A DNA stretch of 61,840 bases, the filler included, from Stramenopiles sp. TOSAG23-3 (Eukaryota), in assembly GCA_900128585.1 (NCBI GenBank). It is 13 parts of 13 records of this genome, joined end to end, with 100 filler letters (N's around TTAATTAATTAA, not from the genome) between each part and the next. Parts side by side here need not be neighbours in the genome. Positions count along the whole stretch, not along the records: positions 42,935 to 47,589 come from LT643744.1; positions 47,690 to 52,343 come from LT643745.1; positions 52,444 to 57,096 come from LT643746.1; 10 more parts are not named here. One strand, written 5' to 3'. The notes under the pieces were generated by a model that was not told the origin of the DNA, ran no database searches, and saw nothing but the letters and a program-made list of their open reading frames with translations. This document shows, piece after piece, positions 45,901 through 56,300 of this stretch. How positions within the stretch are numbered: position 1 is the stretch's first letter; each line of letters begins with the position of its first letter. Both the position numbers and the translations under genes were made by a program.

Positions 45901-47589
45901 AGGTGATGTTTTGGCGCGGCACCGCCGTTCCGAGACTGATGCTTCTCCGCAAAGTTCAGGATTTCTTGGTGCATTGTTGGGACGGCACTGTACCATGTTG
46001 GCGGGGGCGACTGCCGAAGTGCGTCGAAGAAGCCCGCACCGTCTGTGAAGCCTGTTGTCGCATAGACGGAAGCGCCAGATAGCGCTGTAACGAGCACGTT
46101 GACAGAAATTCCATGAATATGAAACAGCGGCATAATGTTGATGCAGACATCGTCAGGCGTTAGGCCGAGCGTCGACATTATGCACAGCCCGCCAGTGCTG
46201 ATGTTGCCGTGCGTCAGCGGCACAACTTTGGGCTTGTTCGTGGTTCCGCTGGTGTGAAGCACCAGAGCAACATCTTCGCGCTTGGGCCACACTCGCCCGG
46301 TGCTCAGCGGCAAAAGTTGCTTGGAGCCCTTCCGCCATTGCAAAGTGAACAGCCCGACATCATCCACGGAGGGGAACATCTCTATGATCGGCAAATTGCC
46401 GCAGGATGCCGCCACGGTCAGAATGTCGTCGCTGTCGGGCAAACCCGCAAACACCACCACAGCCGTGGCCGGAAGGTCCACAAACTCGAATTTCAGCGCG
46501 GCCCGCGTCAGTTTTGTGCTGAGGGGTGCATAGGTGCATTGAAGCGACATTCCCATAAAGCAGACCGCGGCCTCAGGCCCGTTGGGGATGACAACACAGA
46601 GTCGGTCGCCCTGCCCAATGCCAAAGTCGTGGAGATTGAGGTCTTCGCCGATGAACGACTTGAGCCGAGCATAGTCGAGCGGTCGGCGCCTGCTATTAAC
46701 CTCCCTCAAGAAAACCCGGTCGGTGTCAGGCAAGAGGTCGTAATGCGATTGCCAAGTTTGCTTCCATGCTTCATGCGCAGTCAGCTGATCCGACGGCACC
46801 GCCAACACTTTTGGCACTTTTCCCAGCGTATCGCCATCAGCGGCCCGGCCCTCGATGCCCTGTGGCACGGTCTCGCGCCGAGCCAGGTCTACTGCACGCT
46901 TTGTGATGCAGTCAACGACATGTTTGGCGTCCTCGGCAATACCGCACAGAATTGAGGATTTCCACTTGTACATCCAATGTAAGCTCAGGAAGAACAGGCC
47001 TGGATGGTTCGTGGCCGCACCACGTTCCTGGATTGGGTAGCCGCGGGCACCGTACAGATCCGACAAATCAACGAGCGCCTGGTAGTTGAGCTTGTACCCT
47101 GTGCACCAAATGATGGTGGTGATGCCCTCGCCCGTCAGCGACAGCTCCTGAATCGGGTCCGTCTCGCATTTGGGCAGTGGCACGTACGGCTCCAGCTCAA
47201 GGGGCTCCAGGTCCTGCAACTCCGGGTCATCGGCATGCTGCTGCACGTATTGCTCGATTTCCAGCTTCATGCGCATCACATTGGCCTCGATCTTCGTCAT
47301 GTTGAGGGGCAGCTTTGCGCCCTCGAGCTGAAGAATGTCACCGTCCTTCACGGCCATAGCCTTGCCCAGTAGTGTGAGGTCGTGCTTGTTGCAGAGCTCG
47401 CGGAGACGCACGTCGCGCTGCGGGCACTGGCTGGGATTTGGCCCAAACCTGCTGGCCTGCTGGGCTGCTGGCGACAGATCGGCTATCTTGGTGTCGTACT
47501 TGCCGGTCTTGTAGAGCCACCAATTGAAATCCTTGCCTCGTACCCTCCGCGGGACGCGCAGGGAACGTGAGCCGACACAAGCGAACACG
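42935..47589 (-). CDS. Multidomain NRPS (partial at both ends): FMO-like oxidoreductase / adenylation / carrier / heterocyclization (Cy) / adenylation
   Basis: FMO C-half ~46900-47589 (PRRVRGKD..WW, IIWCTGY, PGLFFL). A1 ~45170-46700 (LHTSGTT, YAMTE, TGD, GRFKEIINRGGEKI, PKG.TGK). T ~44810-45010 (LSFDSL). Cy ~43430-44720 (LLPMQLLYWTGR, RHGALR, DLLVADARA, PQLP, PFVFAS, TPQVWID). A2 begins ~43330 (LMHEAIL...TPDATAV...LAGCPYVPI...PPERI). Confidence 0.9.
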
Positions 47590-47963
47590 NNNNNNNNNNN
47601 NNNNNNNNNNNNNNNNNNNNNNNNNNNNNNNNNTTAATTAATTAANNNNNNNNNNNNNNNNNNNNNNNNNNNNNNNNNNNNNNNNNNNNTTGTACTGCTT
47701 TTCTTGATTGGGCATCTTTGCCATCGTAGGAAGGTACCGGTGCACCCAGAGACCATAGCGTGAGAGAGAGAGAGTGTTCCTTGGGAAAATAATTAAAGAT
47801 TAAGGCGAAAGGCGAGGTCACAAGTGACATGAATAAGCTGTACACAGGCGGTCAAAGTCGTGGTTTGGCACAGGCTCCATGCCGGTGCGGAAAGAATCTT
47901 TATGTACTTATTTATAATTTTAATGTGTTAATTTCACGCATGCAACGATTATCCCCCCTTTTT

Positions 47964-48800
47964 TCATCCAAACAAGTCGACCCGTCGCAACTCTCGCAAT
48001 TTCCATTCGAGGCGTTCCTGCTCAGGATTCAGCCCGTCCGTGTCGTCCGCTTCCGCTTTCTCGGCATGTTCGTTCCCCGCCAATTCGCGGGCGTTCTCTT
48101 TCTCCACCCGGGCAGCTTCCCGTGCCACGACCGCATCACGAACCATCTTTCGGCTCTCTTGTGCGCGTTCTTCGTGCGTTCGCGAGGTGGCCCCGGAGCC
48201 TGCAGAAGGGATCGTCGCGGGCCGTTCCGGTTTCCGTTTTTCACGGTCGGATTTTGACAAAAATAGTATTTTCCGCGGTGCCGTTTCGTCCTCCGAGGAG
48301 GACGACGATTCGTCCTCGCTTTCCTCCGACGAGAGCGCTGGCTTGCTTGCTTTGAACGTAGCCGTAGAACGACCCGTGGAAGGGGCGGCTGGGACAGGGG
48401 TACGCTCCGTGTTCGCAACAGAAAGGGCCTGTACATTTACCCGGGTCGAGGGCGGTGCAGCGGTCGACGGTTGGCTGGAAATCCTTGCAATCAGCGCTTT
48501 TCGCTTCGCAATGTGCTCGGCTTCGTCGTCGTCACTCGAACTACTGTCGTCTGAGTTGCTATCCTCCGAACTACTATCATCGCCCGGTGCTATTATTTGG
48601 GCCTGGATGGCCCGTCTCCTTGGTGGAGACTCGGGCGCCGCCGGTGCAGGCACATCTTTATGTACAGTGTCGTGCACGGCCACGGCTACGGCTACGGACG
48701 GGGGCTCCCCCGTTCCTTTCAACGCATTCCCAGTGTTATCTGAAGACGCACCCCGTCCTCCCCCCCATCCTGGCTTTTTCCCTTTACGATACACCGACAT
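47964..48800 (-). CDS. MFAP1: Microfibrillar-associated protein 1 (spliceosomal B-complex factor)-like, apparently C-terminally truncated
   Basis: YRKGKKPGW near the N-terminus, Ser/Glu/Asp tracts, ILFLSKSDR, and DDTDGLNPEQERLEWKLRELRR. The usual C-terminal block (KYYH...TKYTHL) is absent. Confidence 0.7.
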   Translation of the reverse strand: MSVYRKGKKPGWGGGRGASSDNTGNALKGTGEPPSVAVAVAVHDTVHKDVPAPAAPESPPRRRAIQAQIIAPGDDSSSEDSNSDDSSSSDDDEAEHIAKRKALIARISSQPSTAAPPSTRVNVQALSVANTERTPVPAAPSTGRSTATFKASKPALSSEESEDESSSSSEDETAPRKILFLSKSDREKRKPERPATIPSAGSGATSRTHEERAQESRKMVRDAVVAREAARVEKENARELAGNEHAEKAEADDTDGLNPEQERLEWKLRELRRVDLFG

Positions 48801-49886
48801 GGGTATTAGGTCAGTACCTACGTGATCCGAGAGGCGCAGGGCGTAGCTGTTGAAAAGAGGGGGGGCTTTCATCGAAATTATGAAAGACCGTGGCGGACTT
48901 TGGATCGGGAACTGGGACGTACCTGGGAACGGTTTTCCCTGGGCTCCTGGAGGAATAATTCTTTTTTATTATTGTATTATTAGTTGGGTGGACGGACACG
49001 ACAAAGAGGAGAATAAGGATGAGGGTAAAGGTTATGGTTACAAATGTACTTAAAAATAGGGTTATTCAGGGATGAATGGTGTGATGGGTATTTTGGATGC
49101 TATATGATAGTATTAGTGTAATGGAAGCGTTAAATACAATATTCTTCAGTTTTGAGTTCATGATAATGGTATGCTTATGTAATCGTGTATATAATATGGT
49201 TATACCATGATGATAAAATTTAAAATTTGAATTAATAGGTAAATAGTATTGGTGTTGTTGCTATTCCTTGTATTTCACTTTCATCAGTCAAAAAACAAAA
49301 AAAGAAACGTTATAAATAAAGTTGTATTCTATTTATTGTAAATACCTATTATTATATACTGTATTTATAATAAAAATGAACTATTTGAGTTTTAATAAGA
49401 ATACAATTTAAATACAACCTCCCTTCCATCTTCAACAATTATTCCTTTTCCTTTCCTTTCTCTTCCTTCATCTCTATGTTGTGTTCATATAAATAATAAT
49501 AAAAATAATAAAATTGAATCCTTCTTCTTCCTTTCTTCCTTTTCCTTTTCCTCTTCCTTTCTTCCTTTTCCTTTCTTTCTTCCTTTTCCTTTCTTCCCTC
49601 TTTCTTCCCTTTCCTTTCTTCCCTCTTTCTTCCCTTTCCTTTCTTCCCTCTTTCTTCCTTTCACCGCCATCAGCGCCACGTAAAAAACCACACCAGACAC
49701 TTTCAACTACTACTCTTTCTTATTTCTCATTATTATGTATAGGAATAATGGAATGAAAGACGAGAACGAAGACGAATGATAGATGTGGGCAGAAGATTTA
49801 TATATATATTTAAATATAGTTACCCGTTCTGTTCCATTCTCTCTGTTATTTTTGAACCAGCAGTAGCAGCGACAGCAATAGCAGCC

Positions 49887-51260
49887 ATGCCAGCCACACG
49901 ACGTTCGTCCCGACGGTCCTCGTCGAAAGCGACCACCTCGCCGGTGAAAAAGAAGAAAGCTCCGGCGAAGAAGACGACGAAAGCGAAGGCGCGAGCAAAG
50001 ACCCCGGCAAAGAAGAAGAAGAAGAAGGCGAAAGAACCCGCCCCAGAGGCCGACGATGCGCCGAACTTCGTCGTCGACAAGATCCTCGAGGTGCGCAAGA
50101 ACAAACGGAAGAACGAGTACTTGGTGTCCTGGAAAGGGTACCCGGAAAGCGACAACACGTGGGAGCTGGGCATTGACATGAAGAAGGACGGCCATGGCGA
50201 AGCGATCAAGGCCTTCCGTCGAGAGCAAAGGGCACTGAAGGCTTCCCCGGCGCCCGCGAAGGCGGCAACCCCGGTGAAGGCGACCACTCCGGCGAAGGCG
50301 ACGCCCGCGAAGGCGACCACCCCCGCGGCAACGGCCGTCGAGGAGATCGCTGAGGAGGCCGCCGAGTCCCCCAACGCGGGGGTCAACACCCCGGGCTCGT
50401 TTGCCTTCTACTGGGCGGTCATGATCGGCATCATCGTGTCGTACACCCTTATCGAATTACTCCTGGAGAACGCGCACAAGGCCCCCTTGCTGAGCGGGGA
50501 CAACACCAAGTGGGTGTCGTTTTTGGCGGCCGCCAAGCACTGGATCGCAGTCCTGCCCCCGGTCATTAGCGTGGTCGTCCTGGTCTCGCACCCTGGGTCC
50601 ACCGCACCGTTCCCAAAGTACCTCTCCGTGGGGCTTGCGTGGATTGCGACCAACAATTTTCTGAACCACTTTACGGGAATGCTGGGGCCGTCGGACCGCG
50701 CGGACATGGCGGAACACTCGGCCATGCTCCTGACCATCAACAAACTCATCGCCTACCTGTTCCTGTCGAACGGGTTCAACGGCCCGCGAGGGAAGAACCG
50801 CCGGGGTCCCCCGTCGAGCTACGTGTGGGGGGCCGTTTGGTTCTTCCTTCTTGCCTGGGAATTCCTCAACCGCATGGAGCTGGGGCTCTTCTCACCGGAC
50901 ATTCAGTTAGGGATGCAAAACATTGCAGAGCTCCCGGCCAAGTTCATGGCGATCAAGCCACTGACCGCCCAGGGATTGCTCTTCTTGAACGTTTTGGAAG
51001 TCTGCACCCTCTACTACGCTGTATGGCGGGCGTCCGCCTGCATCGGCCACGGCTGCTCCGTGTACTCGCACGATGCCGTTCCCCAGCACGTCGGGGTAGT
51101 TGCCATGCTTTTTCTAGTGTTTGCCAACATGTCCCCGATCTTGCTCGATGGGGTTGAGCATGCGTGGTTCACCAAGTTCCTGCCGATAGTATTGAGGTGG
51201 GTCGGCGGCGCGCTCCTTACGACCGTTGGCCTGTGGGATGCCGAGACGTTTTACGAGTAA
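49887..51260 (+). CDS. Basic N-terminus, chromodomain, PAK(A)T repeats and a ~8-helix membrane domain
   Basis: NFVVDKILEVRKNKRKNEYLVSWKGYPESDNTWE is a chromodomain (50064-50220). About eight hydrophobic segments in the C-terminal ~290 aa. Likely ATG at 49887. Confidence 0.85.
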   Translation: MPATRRSSRRSSSKATTSPVKKKKAPAKKTTKAKARAKTPAKKKKKKAKEPAPEADDAPNFVVDKILEVRKNKRKNEYLVSWKGYPESDNTWELGIDMKKDGHGEAIKAFRREQRALKASPAPAKAATPVKATTPAKATPAKATTPAATAVEEIAEEAAESPNAGVNTPGSFAFYWAVMIGIIVSYTLIELLLENAHKAPLLSGDNTKWVSFLAAAKHWIAVLPPVISVVVLVSHPGSTAPFPKYLSVGLAWIATNNFLNHFTGMLGPSDRADMAEHSAMLLTINKLIAYLFLSNGFNGPRGKNRRGPPSSYVWGAVWFFLLAWEFLNRMELGLFSPDIQLGMQNIAELPAKFMAIKPLTAQGLLFLNVLEVCTLYYAVWRASACIGHGCSVYSHDAVPQHVGVVAMLFLVFANMSPILLDGVEHAWFTKFLPIVLRWVGGALLTTVGLWDAETFYE

Positions 51261-51429
51261 GTAATACGGACAGAGAACAGAGGAGGCACCTCTAGCGGGT
51301 AGGGGATGGCCCGACGCAACCTTTTAAGAGTCACAATAAATTATTTGCGGCAAAAAAATGTAGTAATAAAACTTCTTAGTATTTGTACCCTGCACAAAAG
51401 ACGCTGGGCGGACGTGGGCCTCTCCCATT

Positions 51430-52343
51430 TCAGTAAATGTTCCGCAGCAGAAGGTTCTCTTTCCTCAACTCTTGGTTCTCCTTGGCCAACGTTTCTATTT
51501 TCGAAGCATTGTCGTGCAGCATCGCTTGCATGTCGTTCATTTGCATCTGAAACTGGCGCAAAATTTCTACATGAAGGTCCCGTATGCTCCCTTGCACGCT
51601 CACTTTTACATCGTCCAGCGCTTCCTCCAGCATTTGCTTTATTTCAGACTTTTCCACGCCCGGGGCCGTGGCAAAGGCGTCGGGGGCCGTGGCGCTCGGC
51701 TGCCGGGGCCAAACGGAGGTATCCGGCGACGCTAGCGGCGCAGCATTGCGGGCCTCGCGTCCTGCGTCCTGGCCTCGCGCCCTGGCCTCACGTTCTGCGC
51801 GGGGAGCGGGGAGGCTCGACACGGTTTGCCCCGGACCCCGGGTCCCAACATCCTTCGGCTTGGTGCTGTCTGCCTTCGTTGCTTTCGTCTCAGCTTTGGC
51901 CGGGGCGGGGGCGCGCTTCGGCTCAGGCACCCGTTCCGCCACCGCTTCCTCCACGGCCTTCTTCTTCTGCCGTCGAGTCAGAGCCTCCATCCTTACCTTC
52001 TCCACGCTTTGTGCGGGCGACAGGAGCGCAACGTGCTTCGTGCGCAGCATAGAATTGACTTCCTCCTCCTTCGGCAGGTCGCCCCCGTGGGCCTGCCCCG
52101 CCCCCGCAGCAGGCCCTTCGTCGTTCGCAGGCGTCTTCCTCCGCTGCGGCGTTACCACCCGGCGCGCAGGGGTCGCGGGCTTTCCATGGGGGGGCGGCTC
52201 CTGACGGGCCTGGCGGCTTGGGTTCATCATCGCCGTCGCCGGCTGCGCCTGGATGCAAGATACCTGGACAGGCGCGTGCACGTCCACGTCCGTCAACGGT
52301 ATGGCCCTCGCCCCGCTTCCCATTCGTCGCGTATCGTACACCA
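51430..52343 (-). CDS. NEDD1: NEDD1/GCP-WD C-terminal region (5' partial)
   Basis: C-terminal MLEEALDDVKVSVQGSIRDLHVEILRQFQMQMNDM...ENQELRKEN matches the NEDD1 gamma-tubulin-binding helix. Confidence 0.75.
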
Positions 52344-53313
52344 NNNNNNNNNNNNNNNNNNNNNNNNNNNNNNNNNNNNNNNNNNNNTTAATTAATTAAN
52401 NNNNNNNNNNNNNNNNNNNNNNNNNNNNNNNNNNNNNNNNNNNTTCTTCTTCTTCTTCTTCTTCTTTCTTCTTCTTCTTCTTCTTCTTCTTCTTTCTTCT
52501 TCTTCTTCTTCTTCTTCTTCTTTTCTTCTTCTTCTTCTTCTTTTTTTTCTTTTTTTTCTTCTTCTTCTTCTTCTTCTTCTTCTTCTTCTTCTTCTTCTTC
52601 TTCTTCTTTCTTTTCCCCTAAAAAACTCCTATATAACTTACATAAAGTCTAACAATAATATATATTTCACATAGTTGTTATACATAAAACATAGATAATG
52701 TACTGTATAGTCAACCTGTCCATCGTACTTCGGCCAAAGCCTCCTCATATTTATCCTTGTATCCTTTATTCTAGACTATGATACTACGTAGTCTAGTAAT
52801 AAAGAAGAAGAAGAAAGAATTATTTGAATTTAAATTAAAAATACTATTTTATATAGTAATAGCATTGGTTTACTTAAAGTATTTAATAAATGTACAAACA
52901 CTTTGATTGTATTTTGCTGTTATTGTTTTACTTGGTTATAATTATTGTTTTGTTTTATTATTTAGATGTGATGTTGTTTCAATGTTGTTTCAATGTTGTT
53001 GTTGTAGTAGTAGTAAGTAAAAATAATAATAATTTTATTATTATTATTATAAAAGAAGAAGAAAGAATCAAATACAAAGTAATAATCTCTATAAAAGTTT
53101 AAAATGTAACTGTAGGAAGTATTCAATTAACAAAACTAAGAAGTAAAACAAATCGAAGAATGAATCGGCAAAAGAAAGGTAACATAGGTAGAAAGGGATT
53201 GATTAATTCTAATCAATATCAATTTTTAGAGTTTGGATTTTTGAAACCTTTTGGGGATTGATCGATAGGGATACAGACGTACAGGCTTGAGTTCTGGGGA
53301 CTTTTTTTAGAAT

Positions 53314-56300
53314 ATGCAGCAAGCAGTGTCCACCCCGGCGAAAGCTGCAAGTTTGCCGTTGCCGAAGTCGCGTATTATTGGTGGCCGTTCGGCCCCACGA
53401 ACAAGCTCTTTGACCAAAAGTAGTAGTCGTGCCGTGGCACCAATCTTGCGGCCCTCTAGTAGGGGAAAATCATCCAAGCTTGGGAGTCCAGGCGGACGGG
53501 ATGAGACCCCACAAGAGAGGTTTGCGAAGCGAACAATAGACGGTGCGCAGCACCGGTTTGCGACAAGTTTTCTCCGCTCCCCCACCAAGGCCAACGGCGA
53601 GAACCCCGTCGAGAACGAAGGGGATGTTGTGACAAAATCACTGGATCGGGCCGCGTGGAGGCCTGCAGGCTCGGCAATCAAGGCTTCTCCTTCGACTGCT
53701 GGCGCCCGCGATGACGTCGCCCGCCGTTCCTGGCCGGGCCCCGAGGCGGGCGGGCTCGCTGACGGCAACACCCCGGCGGCGATGATGTCGAGAAAAAGCG
53801 CCGTCCCCAGGAGTGCTGCCAAAGCGCCCCCCTCCGCCGACCGCAAGTTCGCTCGTGAGCAGAGCCAAAAGAATCCAAAATCTCCCGCTTCGAGGTCTAC
53901 CCCGACGAGGGGCACTCCCGCGTCAAAACATTCTAGAACCCCCTTAGGAAGCAGTAGTTCACACAGAAAGCGCGCCGGCCGCCCCTCGCTGCCAGCGACC
54001 ATCAGCCCCGCGAGCCGCCGGAGGCGTGGCACAGATAGCGCACGGAAGGACAAGCTGACCCCCAGCCGTCAAAGCAGGCTGAACGGATCTCCATCCTCCC
54101 GTTCCCAGGGCAGGACCCCCGGCAGAAGCCCGGGGGAAAGCCCCTCGAAGCACGATTCCAACGAGGAAGCGGCGATGGGCGCGGCGCGCTTGGCAGACTT
54201 GTGCGAGGAGGACAAAATGAAAGTTGCGAAATTGATAGAGCAGTTGATGAAGCTTGGGGCAGAGAACGAAATGTCTGCTGCGGAGTTTGGGCAGGAGCGG
54301 AACATGCTGCAGAAAAATTTAGAAGACGCGCAGAAACTATCCACGGATTTCAGGGAGCAGGCAAGCGACGTGGAGCAAAAGTATTCAAAATCGTTGGAGA
54401 TGATAAAAGGGTACCAAAATCGTTTGCGGTCGCTTGCAGAGGAGAGGGAGGAAGCTTTCCAGGAGTCCCGCCGAGCGAAGTTAGAGCAGGAGAATCTTTT
54501 GTCACGGGAAAAGAGAATGGAGGAAGAGCTGCAGGAGGCCCGCAAAATTGCGGAACGCCGGAGAAAAGAGATAGAACGTTTTGCGGAGCTCGAACGGTCC
54601 CAGGCGGCGGAAGCCGACACACTGCGCGCGCAGTTGATCTCTCGCCAGGCGGTGTCGAAAAAAGCGGCTGAGATGGCGGCCTCAAGGTCTCCCACGGGAG
54701 CACAGGGCGCGGGGGATGAGGGCGATTCTTTAATTACCGGACCAGCGTTGCCCAGCGCCGAGCCAGTGCTGCCCAATGCCGAGCCAACGCTGCCCAATGC
54801 CGAGCCAACGCCGCCCAATGCCGAGCCAACGCTGCCCAGCGCCGGCCCCACCGCCAGCCCGCCCCCGGCAGACCGGGTCCTGGAGGAGGGCGAAAGGCCC
54901 TCGGAGACCGAGTTTGACGAGTACACTGAGAACGCCATTCGAACCTTGACCCCGCGGACGAAGGACGCGTTGACCGGCGTGACGAACGAAGTCGTGCAAA
55001 AGCTGGAAGAAGAACTAACCAGCGCCCGCGAAGCCCTGGACCGTTTGCGAATGGAGCAGAGCAAAAACGACTCGGTCTTAAACATGGAATCGTCGGAGGC
55101 AGCCGGCGGGCTCTCGGGCGAAGAAGGCCGGGCGACCAGGAAGCAATTCGGTACTCCCCCGCCCGGGTCGGTCACCGAGCCCAGCGCCGAAGACGCGCAG
55201 CGGCGTGTCAGAATACGCGGTACCCCTGAAATGTGGGACGGAACTACCATGGACGCGATGAACGAGCCGTTCGTCACTCGCGGCTACCCCAACGGGAGGG
55301 GAGAAATACGGTCCTACGACGACAACGACTTCGTGAACCAAACAGAGGCCGACCCCGAAGCAATGTCCCGTGGGTTTATGCCACCCGCCATCCCCTCCCC
55401 GTCCAAATCCATCTCCCCGGTCCGCCCCATTCGACGACGGGGCAAGAAGATGGCCTACAAGCAAGAGGAGGAGAAAGAGGAGGACTTGGACAGCTTGGAA
55501 GAGTTCGAGAGGTACCGCGCGGAGCGAATGCCGGACGAGGGCCGCCCCCCCGCTATTGTCCGAATGTGGGGCCAGTCCCAGACCGGGCACGTGAAACGAA
55601 TCTTGCCTTCGAAGAAGAAAAAAGCTGGAAAAAAGCGAGTGAGCAAAGTCGCGCAGGTCCACAGAAACAAGGCCAAGAAGGAGGCGCCGGTGGTGGCGCT
55701 TGGAAGCTCCTTGACCGAGGATTACTTCAAAAATGAGTCACGCGGCGAAGATTTTTACCAAGCAAGCCTCTTTGACCTTGTCGACGAGATGGAGAGCATA
55801 GACCTTGACAACAGCAGGGCATCGATCGTGGACGGGGATTTCGGCTCCGAGCGGTCCATAATGGAAGGAAAAGAAAATTTGTCCGTGGTTTCAAGCGCGT
55901 CGATGTTTCACGGTACAGGGTACCGCTTGGCGCCCGCACCAGAAGCCGTCAGCCGCAGGAGAAAAGGCAAGAAGCAGGGCAAGCGCCCCTTCGGCAAGAG
56001 CAGGAAAATGAAGCTGGAGGAGCTAGATGCCGATGTGTGGTGGGAAAACGTTGGGTCCAAGATGAACCCGAACAAGAACGTTTCGAAGAAGCGCCCTGTG
56101 AGAATTATGCCCCCGGGGGGCAGGAACGGGGATTACTGGGGAACGTACTCCAATAGGTTCGGCTCAAAACATCCAATACCACAACGGAAGAAGAAGAAGA
56201 AAAAGAAGGCGCCCCAACCCTCCATGGAGGCGCTCCTTGCTCGGCTGAGCCACGAGGCCGTGGACGAGGAGTTCTTGTCATCCAACCTTGCCGACGTAAA

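Noticed and set aside
38179-51260. Apparent biosynthetic cluster of the FAD oxidoreductase, the NRPS and the membrane protein
   Set aside because: They are on different contigs placed next to each other only by length sorting.
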